A stretch of 63,964 nucleotides of DNA, filler included, from 10 parts of 10 records of this genome joined end to end with filler, not necessarily neighbours in it; one strand, 5' to 3'; positions 28,225 to 38,440 are shown, counted from the first letter of the whole stretch. Notes: generated by a model from the sequence alone, not told the origin. Numbers and translations are program-made.

Positions 28225-30087
28225 TTGTGCAACGTGAGTATTCCCCGTTACGTCAAAGTGCTAATGCTACTGCCGATCTTGGTTTCCCCTGCGGGTACGC
28301 GTAGCGCGTGGTCTGCTGAGTATCCTCACTCGGCAGCCCGCCCTGATGAAGTTGCGATCAAGCACCTGCATCTAGACTTGAAGGTGGATTTTGACGCAAA
28401 ACGACTGGTCGGTTCAGCAACGCTTGATCTCACGCGGAATGCCCCTGGTGCACCGCTGCGATTAGACACTCGTGGGCTGAAGATCGATGCGGTTTCAGAC
28501 GCTGAGGGGCGTCCGCTGACTTGGAAGCTGGGTGAAGCCAGCGCGCAGCTTGGCCAGTCGTTGGTCATTGATTTGGCTAAGGACACTACGAGTGTAACTG
28601 TTGGCTATCAGACGACCGCCGGCGCTGACGCTTTGCAGTGGCTTACTCCGGAGCAAACGACTGATAAAAAGCACCCGTTCTTGTTTACGCAGTCGCAGGC
28701 CATTTTGGCTCGCACTTGGGTGCCATGCCAAGACACTCCTGCGGTCCGCATGACTTACTCGGCCAAGATGACCGTGCCACCGGAACTGATGGCTGTTATG
28801 AGTGCATCGAATCCGCAGCAAAAGAATGCGTCTGGCGTGTATGAGTTCGAGATGAAGCAGCCGATCCCATCGTATCTTCTGGCATTGGCAGTTGGCGATT
28901 TGAAGTTCGAAGCAATCGGTCCACGCAGTGGCGTCTACGCCGAGCCCTCGGTGCTCGAGAAAGCTGCCTGGGAATTGGCCGATACCGAGAAGATGATCTC
29001 GGCGGCGGAAGATCTCTATGGTCCCTACGCGTGGCAACGCTACGACGTCATTTTCTTGCCGTCGAGTTTTCCTTTCGGCGGAATGGAGAACCCTCGGCTC
29101 ACATTTGCCACACCAACGATTCTGGCTGGAGACCGTTCGCTAGTTGCACTCATCGCCCACGAACTGGCACACTCGTGGAGCGGCAATCTTGTCACGAATG
29201 CCACATGGAATGACTTTTGGCTCAACGAAGGTTTCACGGTCTACTTTGAACAACGCATCATGGAAGCCGTCTACGGTCGCAAGTACTCCGAGATGCTAGC
29301 GCGATTGTCGTTGGATGGCCTGCGTAGCGAGATTAAGCAGCTTGATAAACGTGACACTTGGTTGAAACTGAATTTGGCGGGGCGCAATCCTGATGATGGA
29401 ATGACCTCCATTGCCTACGACAAGGGCTATTTCTTTCTGCGACGCATGGAGGAAGCGGTTGGGCGAAAAGAGTGGGACGCGTTCTTGAAGGGCTACTTCA
29501 CGAAGTTTGCTTTTCGCAGCATGACGACCGAGCAGTTCGCCGACTACATGAAGAGCAACTTGAGCAGTGATGTTGCCATCGAGAAGTGGATTTATGCACC
29601 TGGGCTGCCGAACGATTGTCCCGAAGTGCGGACAAGCGAACTGGCCAGTGTGGAAACGGCCGCAGAAAAGTTCTTGGCAGGAACACCAGCGGCGGAGGTG
29701 GCGTCTGGTTCGGGCACCGATGAATGGACCACACACCACTGGAACCATTTCTTGCGGACAATTCGCGGGAAGACGACACCCGCCCAGATGCAAGACCTTG
29801 ACAGCCAGTTTAAGTTCACCCAGTCGGGCAATTCAGAGATCACTCACGACTGGCTACATTTAGTCATTGAAAACGAGTACGAGCCCGGTTTGAAGCGATT
29901 GCGCGAGTTTTTGACCGAACAAGGACGCCGCAAGTTTTTGCAGCCGCTATACGAGAGGCTGTGCGAAAGTGAATCTGGCAAGCAAATCGCCCGCGAGATC
30001 TACTCAGTTGCTCGCGCTGGCTACCACAGTGTGTCGCAGCAAACGATTGACGAAATCGTCGGCCACGGTCAAGAGCCAGGGAATTGA
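28225..30087 (+). CDS. M1 family aminopeptidase (leukotriene A4 hydrolase-like), secreted
   Basis: Signal peptide; GGMENP, HELAH..18..E (WLNEG), AYDKG, GRRKF. Confidence 0.93.
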   Translation: MCNVSIPRYVKVLMLLPILVSPAGTRSAWSAEYPHSAARPDEVAIKHLHLDLKVDFDAKRLVGSATLDLTRNAPGAPLRLDTRGLKIDAVSDAEGRPLTWKLGEASAQLGQSLVIDLAKDTTSVTVGYQTTAGADALQWLTPEQTTDKKHPFLFTQSQAILARTWVPCQDTPAVRMTYSAKMTVPPELMAVMSASNPQQKNASGVYEFEMKQPIPSYLLALAVGDLKFEAIGPRSGVYAEPSVLEKAAWELADTEKMISAAEDLYGPYAWQRYDVIFLPSSFPFGGMENPRLTFATPTILAGDRSLVALIAHELAHSWSGNLVTNATWNDFWLNEGFTVYFEQRIMEAVYGRKYSEMLARLSLDGLRSEIKQLDKRDTWLKLNLAGRNPDDGMTSIAYDKGYFFLRRMEEAVGRKEWDAFLKGYFTKFAFRSMTTEQFADYMKSNLSSDVAIEKWIYAPGLPNDCPEVRTSELASVETAAEKFLAGTPAAEVASGSGTDEWTTHHWNHFLRTIRGKTTPAQMQDLDSQFKFTQSGNSEITHDWLHLVIENEYEPGLKRLREFLTEQGRRKFLQPLYERLCESESGKQIAREIYSVARAGYHSVSQQTIDEIVGHGQEPGN

Positions 30088-31629
30088 TTGTTGCCCGACA
30101 GCCAATCTACGACTGAATCGCAGGGTACGGCTGAATTGCCGCCGTCAACGACGAAACGATCAATTTCGCTCTCCAGGCGTTGGTCGTTTCGTTTGTTGGC
30201 TTGTTTGGTGGCGGTGCTACCTGTTCTGCTCGCCGAAGTGGCGGCGCGGCTACTGGTAAGCTCGCAGCCGGTCGCATCGGACCCATTTGTCGACCTTAGC
30301 AATCTACAGCCCTTGTTTCAGCTATCCAGTGACGGTGCACGATATGAAATCGGCCCTCAGCGGATGCACCTGTTTAAGCCGGCTAGCTTCTCTGCCAAGA
30401 AACAGCCCAATACATTCCGCGTTTTCGCGCTCGGAGGCTCGACAACTCAAGGCGAACCGTACAGCACACAGAGCGCATTTCCCAGGTGGCTGGAAATCAA
30501 CCTGGCGGCGATGCTGCCAGACAAACAGGTCGAAGTGGTCAACTGCGGCGGTTTGTCTTATGCCAGCTATCGAGTGAAGGCGATTGCCGATGAAGTGCTT
30601 GGTTACGAACCCGATTTGATTGTGCTTTACACTGGCCACAATGAATTCTTGGAGAAGCGATCCTACCAAGACTGGGAGAATCGCGGGAAATTGCGTCGTG
30701 CGGCGGATTGGTTGATGCGACGGTCGCGACTTTGCCAGCTAGTGCGAGATTTCGGTGCCGGTGCATCGCAGCGTCAAAGTGATCGCGATCCTTCGGGCGG
30801 CAAGACGCAATTGGCTGAAGAGGTCGACGCGCTGCTGGATTACCAGAACGGATTAGATGATTACCATCGCACCGACTCGTGGCAAACCGGTGTTGCGGAA
30901 CAATTGGCTTGGAACGTTGATGTCATCCTAAGTAATTGCAAGGCCCGTGGTGTTCCGGTATTCGCCATCTTGCCGGTAAGCAATCTTGCTGATTGCCCGC
31001 CAATGAAGTTTGAACCGTCTCCAATCCTGAGCGATCGGCAATTGGTGGAGTTTGACCGCCTTTGGGAGGAGGCTATCGATGCCCGAGGGCAACGACCAAG
31101 CGAAGCGGAAGCTTATCTGAGTGAAGCGCTTGAGCTGGATAGTGAGCACTCCGGAGCTCTCTACTTGATGGGGCAACTGCAATTGTCGGTTGGAGAGATC
31201 GAAGCTGCCCAAGAGTTTTTCGCTCGAGCACGGGATCACGATGTTTGCAAGCTTAGGGCCACGTCGCGGCTTTGCGAGGTCATGCGTGAAGCGTATCGTT
31301 CGCATTCCGTTGTGACGCTTGACGCGCAAGAGTTCTTTGAAAGCCTTTCATCGGAACCGGTGCTCGGATCGCAGTGGCTTGTCGACCATATTCACCCAAG
31401 CGTGGAGGGGCACCGGCGGCTCGCAATGGCAATTGCAGAGCAGTTAGTTGCGGCAGGGATGATTTCTGCGGCGGCCCAGTGGCAGGAACGAGCGCGACAG
31501 GCGTGTGACGAACACATGAACTCGCTCGACGAAGCATATTTCCAACGCGGCAAGCAGCGTTTGGAGGGACTGATCCTTTGGACTCAAGGGCGAGCCAAGA
31601 AATTGCGACCTGAAAGTTCGGTTCCCTGA
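30088..31629 (+). CDS. Membrane-anchored SGNH/GDSL hydrolase with TPR insertion
   Basis: N-terminal TM; LGGSTT, GHNE, DHIHP blocks; TPR-like ALYLMG helix. Confidence 0.8.
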   Translation: MLPDSQSTTESQGTAELPPSTTKRSISLSRRWSFRLLACLVAVLPVLLAEVAARLLVSSQPVASDPFVDLSNLQPLFQLSSDGARYEIGPQRMHLFKPASFSAKKQPNTFRVFALGGSTTQGEPYSTQSAFPRWLEINLAAMLPDKQVEVVNCGGLSYASYRVKAIADEVLGYEPDLIVLYTGHNEFLEKRSYQDWENRGKLRRAADWLMRRSRLCQLVRDFGAGASQRQSDRDPSGGKTQLAEEVDALLDYQNGLDDYHRTDSWQTGVAEQLAWNVDVILSNCKARGVPVFAILPVSNLADCPPMKFEPSPILSDRQLVEFDRLWEEAIDARGQRPSEAEAYLSEALELDSEHSGALYLMGQLQLSVGEIEAAQEFFARARDHDVCKLRATSRLCEVMREAYRSHSVVTLDAQEFFESLSSEPVLGSQWLVDHIHPSVEGHRRLAMAIAEQLVAAGMISAAAQWQERARQACDEHMNSLDEAYFQRGKQRLEGLILWTQGRAKKLRPESSVP

Positions 31630-31842
31630 AGCAGGCGAACGGTTAGTTGTTGATTTATCGGCCGAACGACGTTTCGATCGATCAGCCGAACGGCATTAGC
31701 CTGCGGTTCCCACGCCTTTGATTCTGCTGACTGTGAGCCGTCGGCCGTAAGGCCTCGGGCGGACGCGCGCGCATCGCCAGGTCCTTTTCGGCACCTGCGA
31801 GATCCGATTACCGCAGCCTGCGATTGCCCTCGTTTCGTCGGC

Positions 31843-31916
31843 GCCCGGCCGCTGACCCGTCGCGGCTCACTGCCGGTCATCTCACATAGCGGTGCAACTA
31901 CCTGTCACCTCTCCCT
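31843..31916 (-). repeat. Right copy of 74-bp inverted repeat (runs into contig end)
   Basis: Reverse complement AGGGAGAGGTGACAGGTAGTTGCACCGCT..GAGATGACCGGCAGTGA..GTCAGCGGC.GGGC. Confidence 0.85.
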
Positions 31917-32016
31917 NNNNNNNNNNNNNNNNNNNNNNNNNNNNNNNNNNNNNNNNNNNNTTAATTAATTAANNNNNNNNNNNNNNNNNNNNNNNNNNNN
32001 NNNNNNNNNNNNNNNN
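31917..32016. other. Artificial contig spacer
   Basis: N-run with TTAATTAATTAA. Confidence 0.99.
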
Positions 32017-32488
32017 GACCCGCTTGTTAAATCTACAATTTTCAAATCCCCATCCGCTCAAACCCAAACACCACCCCGCCAACCCCAATCCACCAACCCC
32101 AAAACCGCTTTGCCTTGTAATTCTCAATTTCTCAATAAGTTGGAAGCCAGCATCGATTGTTATCCGGAATGCCGGCCTGCCAATCACCGCTATTCCGCTT
32201 CCAAACCGCCAGGACGTCTCGATCTCGCAATACGCCAAGGTGTGGCCCCAGGCTTCCGGCTCGCTGTCTACATCTCAATTATTTCAGTCTTCACACCCAA
32301 AGCCAAACATTATTCAAAAAAGTAAGCCACCAGCCCAGATAGAAGCCGCAGGCGAACAGGAGGGCGCCGGGGCGCAGCGCTCAAGCCCAAGCCACCAAAA
32401 ATTGACAGCCAAAACGCAATTCTACGCGCGTTAAACCGATCCGATTTCGTAATTTGCAGTTTAGCATAACGAGATTGAGCCGAACCCA

Positions 32489-33130
32489 ATGCAAACGACC
32501 ATGTCAGGTACAAAAACCGAAGTTAATGCCTACGGCATCCGCGTGATGCTCTCCGCACACCCGACCATCCGCCGCCTCAAACGCCAATATTCGCCTACCT
32601 GGCACGGCAACAAATTCTGGACCTCCAGCTGGTTAATCATGGACTGGCTACGCGGCGAAGGCCTCGCCCCTCAATCACGCGTGCTCGACATGGGCTGTGG
32701 CTGGGGACTGACCGGAATCTGGTGCGCACGTACATTTGAAGCCGAAGTAACCGGAGCGGATATCGACGCCGAGGTTTTTCCATACCTGGACGCACATGCC
32801 GAGCTCAACGGCGTTGAAATTGCCACGATGGAAACCGATTTTGACGGCATTCGCAGTGCTGCACTCAGGAAATTTGATCTGCTCGTAGGCGCCGACATTT
32901 GTTTCTGGGAAGACATGGTCAAACCACTGACGCGCCTGTTTAAGCGTGCCCTGGCAGCCGATGTTCGCACTATCATTTTGGCAGATCCCGGACGGGCACC
33001 ATTTGAAGAAGTCGCCGGCATATTTATCAATGACAAAAGCGGTAAGTGGGACGCCGAAGTCCTTAATCGCACCGTAGACGTTCCCAAGCGGATCCGTGGC
33101 CGTCTGCTCGTCATTCGCAAGCGCGATTAA
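32489..33130 (+). CDS. Class I SAM-dependent methyltransferase (METTL21/Methyltransf_16-like)
   Basis: GNKFW, VLDMGCGWG, GADICF, ADPGR. Confidence 0.85.
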   Translation: MQTTMSGTKTEVNAYGIRVMLSAHPTIRRLKRQYSPTWHGNKFWTSSWLIMDWLRGEGLAPQSRVLDMGCGWGLTGIWCARTFEAEVTGADIDAEVFPYLDAHAELNGVEIATMETDFDGIRSAALRKFDLLVGADICFWEDMVKPLTRLFKRALAADVRTIILADPGRAPFEEVAGIFINDKSGKWDAEVLNRTVDVPKRIRGRLLVIRKRD

Positions 33131-33615
33131 GTCAGCATGTTTTGGCTGTAGGCAGTCGACGTTTTGGGCCTGACAACATGAGCGCTGCGCCCCCTCAATG
33201 AAATCGGTGGCTTACTTTTTTTGATAATGTTTGTCGCTGGGATTCAAGTCACAAACAGCTGCGCCGGCCACAAATGTTTAGGTCTATAGTCATTGAGACT
33301 TGCCGCAAGGTATTCAGCCGGGCGCTGCGATTGAAGAGCCTGCGGACGGATTTTTGCACCGTGGATTCTGCGACGCTTTTACCACGTCGTTTTGATTGAT
33401 TGTATTAGCAAAACTGCTCGAATCTGAGCCTGGATGTGGGAATTCGTGCGCTAATTGGCGTATATTCAAAATCCGCCAAATGGCGGTACTGCCAAAAATT
33501 GTGGGGCTACAATTACTGCAGTACAGTCAAGAGTGTGGAGTGCTAAGGCTGCCGCCATGCCATGTGCGCGTGCAGGCTATTGCGCTGTTTTGACCAGAAC
33601 AAGCGGCGACGAATC

Positions 33616-35304
33616 ATGTCTGATACATTGGAACAACTGGAGACGGAGTTTGCGGAGGCCAAAGAAGCCACACGCGAACTTGCGATCTTGGAACGCATAT
33701 TGCCGCTTAGCCCTCGGCGCGCCTTGGAGCTTGCCCAGAAAACACTGGAGCTCTACCGCGAAATTCGCGACAGGGATAATATCCCGTTTGCGCTGCTTTT
33801 TGTAGCCAACTGCCACTTCAGGTTAACAGATTACCCCGCCGCCCTGGCCGAAGTTGCCGAAGCCCAAACCTACTTTGACAAGAGCAAAAACAAGATCGGT
33901 ATAGCGCGTTGCCGCCGCCTGACCGGGGAAGTGCATCTACGTTCGGGCGAATATGCGCAGGCGTTGGAGCATTTAATATTTGCGCTGGAGTTATTTGAAG
34001 ATGCACAAGAAAAGGTCAGGATTGGAGCGACCTTAAATTCTATAGCCACGGTGTATTTGAAGTTAGGCAGTTATTCGGTCGCACTGGAGTATTTCCTGCG
34101 AATTCTAGATGAAGATGAGTTAAAGCTTGATCCCTCCGAGTTGGCCGTCTACTTGAATGGCATTGGTACTACTTACATGCATTTGAAAGACTATGACAAA
34201 GCAATTGAGTTTTTTCAGAGAAGTTTGGATATCAATAGGAAACTCAACAACATCTCGGGTGAGTCATTTGTTAGGGCAAACCTAGGCAAATCGTTTGAAC
34301 TACTAGGATTATTGAAAGATGCGCTCAACCATCAAAACAAAGCACTAAAACTTCAAAGAGAACTTGGAAGTAAGTACGGTGAGGCCTTGATCTACACGTA
34401 TCTCGGTGCGATATACGAAAAATTGAACCAATACGAAGATTCCAGGACAAATTTTTCTCTAGCGCTCCGATTGGGCAAGCAAACTGCGTCTGATGATATT
34501 TGTGCGGTCGCACTAGGTTATATGGGGCGGCTCGCATTCGAAGAAGGTCGGTTCGTTGACGCAATCGATCTGCTGGAACAGGCACTCGAATATGCAATCA
34601 AAACGAAGCAGTTGACACAGGAGTACATGCTGCAGAAGTTGCTCTTTCAGTCGTGGGAAGCACTTGGTGAGTTTGAAAAAGCACTTAAGTGTCTCGAAAA
34701 ACATGCTGAGCTGAAGGAAGATTTGTTTAGTCAAGACAAACAACGGTTGATTGCTGAACGCCAAGCTAACTTTGAAGTCGAGAAAGCGAGAAGAGAAAAG
34801 GAAATCTTCAGATTAAAAGCTGAGCAGGCTGAAAAGGAGATGGAATTCAAGAATAAAGAGCTGACCGTCATGGCTATGACATTAGTCCAGAAAAACGAAT
34901 TGCTTGCCAAACTCAAGAAAGAAGTCAAGGCGATTGCGGCTAAAAGTGATGAAGAGTCGGCGACTGTCCGCACCAAAATTCTCAATCAGATTGACCAGGG
35001 CATTGATTCCGAGAATGATTGGCAGATGTTTGAGCAGCAGTTCAAAAATGTGCACCAGGACTTTAACACGGTCTTGTCACAGCGATTTCCCAAGCTGACT
35101 CCCACCGAACTCAAAGTCTGTTCACTGATCAAAACCGGTCTGACGTCCAAAGAGATCGCCAACCTGCTTTTTATTACCTACCGAACGGTCGAGTTACATC
35201 GTACGCGTATCCGCAAAAAAATTGAGTTGCCGCATGCCGCCAACCTGACCTCGTTCCTGGCATCTATCACCGGCGAAACCAGTGATGATTTGCATCCATC
35301 CTAA
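33616..35304 (+). CDS. TPR-repeat + coiled-coil + LuxR-HTH transcriptional regulator
   Basis: Multiple TPRs (LNGIGTTY..DYDKAIEFFQRSL); C-terminal LTPTELKVCSLIKTGLTSKEIANLL..TVELHRTRIRKK. Confidence 0.88.
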   Translation: MSDTLEQLETEFAEAKEATRELAILERILPLSPRRALELAQKTLELYREIRDRDNIPFALLFVANCHFRLTDYPAALAEVAEAQTYFDKSKNKIGIARCRRLTGEVHLRSGEYAQALEHLIFALELFEDAQEKVRIGATLNSIATVYLKLGSYSVALEYFLRILDEDELKLDPSELAVYLNGIGTTYMHLKDYDKAIEFFQRSLDINRKLNNISGESFVRANLGKSFELLGLLKDALNHQNKALKLQRELGSKYGEALIYTYLGAIYEKLNQYEDSRTNFSLALRLGKQTASDDICAVALGYMGRLAFEEGRFVDAIDLLEQALEYAIKTKQLTQEYMLQKLLFQSWEALGEFEKALKCLEKHAELKEDLFSQDKQRLIAERQANFEVEKARREKEIFRLKAEQAEKEMEFKNKELTVMAMTLVQKNELLAKLKKEVKAIAAKSDEESATVRTKILNQIDQGIDSENDWQMFEQQFKNVHQDFNTVLSQRFPKLTPTELKVCSLIKTGLTSKEIANLLFITYRTVELHRTRIRKKIELPHAANLTSFLASITGETSDDLHPS

Positions 35305-35548
35305 GTAAAAACACGTGCATTTTTATCGTTGCAATTGATTTTTGTGTCAAAAGAGCGTAGTTTCAATTCCAACACTGCCGTAATCTGAAGTTAAAGAATG
35401 TAACCAATGTGGTTTGGACGTGTCTGTGCCGAAGTGATGCCGGAGTTCCGAAAATGGGACCTTATATAAGGACTCAAAACTGAACCGGGCATTGAGGGGC
35501 GCTTTTTTGATGTGATTCGGCCATTTAATCGTGAAGGCGAGGACAATT

Positions 35549-36964
35549 ATGCGCAAGATTCTGATCATCGCTATGACGCTGACCTTTGCGTCACTGACGG
35601 CATTGGCGCAACGCGCTGAATTGCCGACAATTGCAACCTCCTTTGATGAGACTCTGGTTCTGGCGCCGATTGGCCAGCCACACGTCGAGTTCATGCATCT
35701 GGACAACTATACCGTTGGTGATGTGGTTGTAAATCTTGAACTGGATCTAGAGAATTCGATTGTGCCTAATGGCTGGGAACTGGATTTTAATGATCAGTCA
35801 TTACACGTCTCCAGAAAAACTTCGATGATGTTGCCTCTGACGGTTACGCCGATGAGTCCCGGTGAGGCCGAGATTCAAATAACTGTTCGCAATGGTGAGG
35901 GTGAGATCATTGACCAACACTCTTTGAGTGTGATAACTCACATCGCTGAATATGTACTTTATGATTTGGTTAATCGCTCAGAAACGATTGACAAACTGGA
36001 CCAAGCAATGGTGATGATCAACAATCACACCAAGATTGACTGGACTAATCAGAAAGCCGTTTGGAAGTTTGCCGAAGATTTTGAAGTCTACGTTTTTCCG
36101 ATTGGCGGAGAGATGAGCGGTGTCCTGAGCGTCGGCGTTGAAGGTGTAACCAGCCCGATTCCATACATCCAGCATTTGATTGAGCAGGGCAAAAAAATCC
36201 TGATCACTTCCGAGAATGATGCTTCGCTGGCATTCAGCAGCTTTGGTACGCCGGAAGCACGTCAATTCTTCATGGAAGACCTTGGGCTGATGGCGGGCAA
36301 ACCACAAGTGCGATACCAGACGATTGCGGAAGTGCGTACGCCAATTTCTTTTCCGCTGTTCGGTTCACAAAACGATCCGCTGTTTAGCAGCATCAGCGCA
36401 ACGGTTAATGATCCTTCGCTGACTGCATCAGAAGTTGCCGACGATTCATTCATCGAAAAAACTGACATTCTGCAGCTGGTGGAGAATAGCAATGCCTCGC
36501 CGATTTTCTACTACGACAATTTGGGTGAGCAGGTTGGCGGCACACGCATCGAGATTGGTGAAGCGCGTGTAATTTATCTGGGCTTTGGCCTGGAAGGCAT
36601 TCACAATGTGGATCAGCGCGCCGCCGTACTTGGCAGCATGATTGAGTGGCTGCAGTATGGCAACCGCGTTTCATCTGTTGGCGAAGGCGTAAATGCCAAT
36701 ACGACGAATGTGCGTTTGGCGCCAAACCCGGCCAACAGTTCCAGTGTCTGCAGTTTCTCAATTGCCGGCGCTGAGATTCGCGACGTCAATGTGCGAGTTC
36801 TTGATCTGCGCGGCATTGAGCAAGTTCAGGTATTCAGCGGTCAGCTTGTTCCCGGCGACTACAGTTTTGCAATCGAAACCGCTGAGCTGCCAATTGGCCA
36901 GTACAACGTTGTTATCGACGTTGCCGGCAAACTAAGCTCACAGTCACTGATGATTGTACGATGA
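35549..36964 (+). CDS. Secreted protein with T9SS type A C-terminal sorting domain
   Basis: Signal peptide MRKILII..ALAQ; CTD APNPA..VLDLRG..LPIGQY..LMIVR. Confidence 0.82.
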   Translation: MRKILIIAMTLTFASLTALAQRAELPTIATSFDETLVLAPIGQPHVEFMHLDNYTVGDVVVNLELDLENSIVPNGWELDFNDQSLHVSRKTSMMLPLTVTPMSPGEAEIQITVRNGEGEIIDQHSLSVITHIAEYVLYDLVNRSETIDKLDQAMVMINNHTKIDWTNQKAVWKFAEDFEVYVFPIGGEMSGVLSVGVEGVTSPIPYIQHLIEQGKKILITSENDASLAFSSFGTPEARQFFMEDLGLMAGKPQVRYQTIAEVRTPISFPLFGSQNDPLFSSISATVNDPSLTASEVADDSFIEKTDILQLVENSNASPIFYYDNLGEQVGGTRIEIGEARVIYLGFGLEGIHNVDQRAAVLGSMIEWLQYGNRVSSVGEGVNANTTNVRLAPNPANSSSVCSFSIAGAEIRDVNVRVLDLRGIEQVQVFSGQLVPGDYSFAIETAELPIGQYNVVIDVAGKLSSQSLMIVR

Positions 36965-37009
36965 GTTGATGCTGCACTGAATCTTGGGCTAAAGACTTTA
37001 AAGAATATA

Positions 37010-37040
37010 GAAGCCGCCTGTTCCTGGAACAGGCGGCTTC
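37010..37040 (+). terminator. Hairpin/terminator after T9SS cargo gene
   Basis: GAAGCCGCCTGTTCC-T-GGAACAGGCGGCTTC perfect 15-bp inverted repeat. Confidence 0.7.
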
Positions 37041-37276
37041 ATTGTTTCCGGCAGGTAGCGAGACCTTCGGCTCAGATTCTTGGGGATGGATTTGTGTCTT
37101 GAAAGAGACAACTCCCGATGATATTTTTTACAAATATGATGCCTACCTAATTCACGCTACCCAACGAGGAAGCAAATTTACTTATGCAACCGCAGATTAG
37201 ATCACGACTAAACCTGAAGTAGTTTGGCACATCTGTTGTTTGCTGTTTTTATCCATCAATTCCTGTGGAGCACACT

Positions 37277-37636
37277 ATGTCATTTCTGAAACGCAGCACC
37301 ATGCTGTTGGTATTTACATGTGTTTTGATATTTAGTTCTGTAGCAGTTAATGCCCGTCTATCCGAGTATATCGTTTTTACTGGCATGTTCGGGGCCCCGG
37401 ATCAAATCGAGGTTGAACTGACAGAAGTATCAATGATAGAGTTGCTTTACATTGAATTCGAGTACGCCGGTGGTAGTTTTGATACCTATGGCCCATCAGG
37501 CAATGGGATTTTTGATCCCGGCACAAGCGCTGAAGTAGCCTCGATTACGATCAACGGGCAAACAGTTTACTCGGGCAACAGCGGGACAGTCACGCTGCCG
37601 TCCGGCAATCAGATCACTTTAGAAGTGAACTACTAA
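37277..37636 (+). CDS. Small secreted hypothetical protein
   Basis: GGAG RBS; signal peptide ending AVNA; beta-rich acidic mature part. Confidence 0.7.
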   Translation: MSFLKRSTMLLVFTCVLIFSSVAVNARLSEYIVFTGMFGAPDQIEVELTEVSMIELLYIEFEYAGGSFDTYGPSGNGIFDPGTSAEVASITINGQTVYSGNSGTVTLPSGNQITLEVNY

Positions 37637-37685
37637 GCCCAAAGACTTAAAGTACATTATCAGGTCCTCAACCTGAAGTCACATG

Positions 37686-37719
37686 CAGCGCCTGCACTCC
37701 CAAAGGAGTGCAGGCGCTG
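37686..37719 (+). terminator. Hairpin/terminator
   Basis: CAGCGCCTGCACTCC-CAAA-GGAGTGCAGGCGCTG, T-run a few nt downstream. Confidence 0.7.
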
Positions 37720-37910
37720 GCATTTTTAGACCAAAGGCCGCGTACAGTAGCGGATTCACAGCCACATATGTATGTGTTTGTATGTGGTATGTATGTGGTG
37801 CGCTCTTGTGTTCTCCAGTGTATATTGCCAATGTCCTTAAAGCGCAGGCGCAGAAGCTAAACAACGTCGCTCCGCCGGGTCTGAAACAAGAGAGACGCCG
37901 GCCTCAGGAC

Positions 37911-38010
37911 NNNNNNNNNNNNNNNNNNNNNNNNNNNNNNNNNNNNNNNNNNNNTTAATTAATTAANNNNNNNNNNNNNNNNNNNNNNNNNNNNNNNNNN
38001 NNNNNNNNNN
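37911..38010. other. Artificial contig spacer
   Basis: N-run with TTAATTAATTAA. Confidence 0.99.
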
Positions 38011-38341
38011 GCATTTTCGCGTGCTTCGCCTTCTGCAAGAGAACCCTGAAATGTCACAGCGTGAACTCGCGGCTGCCGTTGGCGTAAGTGTCGGCGGCAT
38101 GCACTACATGCTGAATGCGTTAATTGAAAAGGGCCAGGTGAAGTTGGGGAATTTTACGGCTGCAGAGGACAAACGGCGATACGCCTATGTTCTAACGCCT
38201 AAGGGAATTTCGGAGAAGGCAACAATCACGCGCCTCTTTCTTGCCCGAAAGATTGAGGAATACGAGGCGTTGAAGGCTGAAATTGACGCACTCTCGAACG
38301 AGATCGACAACCACCCCGCCTTGTGTCCAAAGCCTCGCTGA
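38011..38341 (+). CDS. MarR-family EPS-associated transcriptional regulator (5' truncated)
   Basis: NPEMSQRELA, NALIEKG.VKLGNF, YAYVLTPKGI.EK, FLARKIEEYEALKAEI. Confidence 0.9.
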
Positions 38342-38371
38342 GAGTTTGCGTTATCGGGCGTTTGGGGCGAC

Positions 38372-38440
38372 ATGGCAATGATATTGTGCCCGTCATCCTT
38401 TGTGAATCATCGGAGACCCGCCGTGGCACATTTTTGTCGT
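38372..38440 (+). pseudogene. Decayed 5' relic of mannose-1-phosphate guanylyltransferase (manC-like)
   Basis: ATT GTG CCC GTC ATC CTT TGT GAA TCA TCG GAG ACC CGC = IVPVILCESSETR vs ManC IxPVILCGGSGTRLWPLS; frameshifted TGG and TTG TCG follow. Confidence 0.55.

Noticed and set aside
32045..32105. C/A-rich low-complexity tract (G-runs on the minus strand, possible G-quadruplex) and ORF 32024-32434
   Set aside because: Loops are long and irregular, the tract is at a contig edge, and the ORF has no protein-like features
35305..35548. Searched for a small signalling-peptide ORF after the TPR-LuxR gene
   Set aside because: Only a 20-codon ORF (MWFGRVCAEV..) without RBS or signal-peptide character was found
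37765..37800. GTATGT/TATG-rich microsatellite-like stretch
   Set aside because: Short, imperfect, intergenic; no evidence of phase variation
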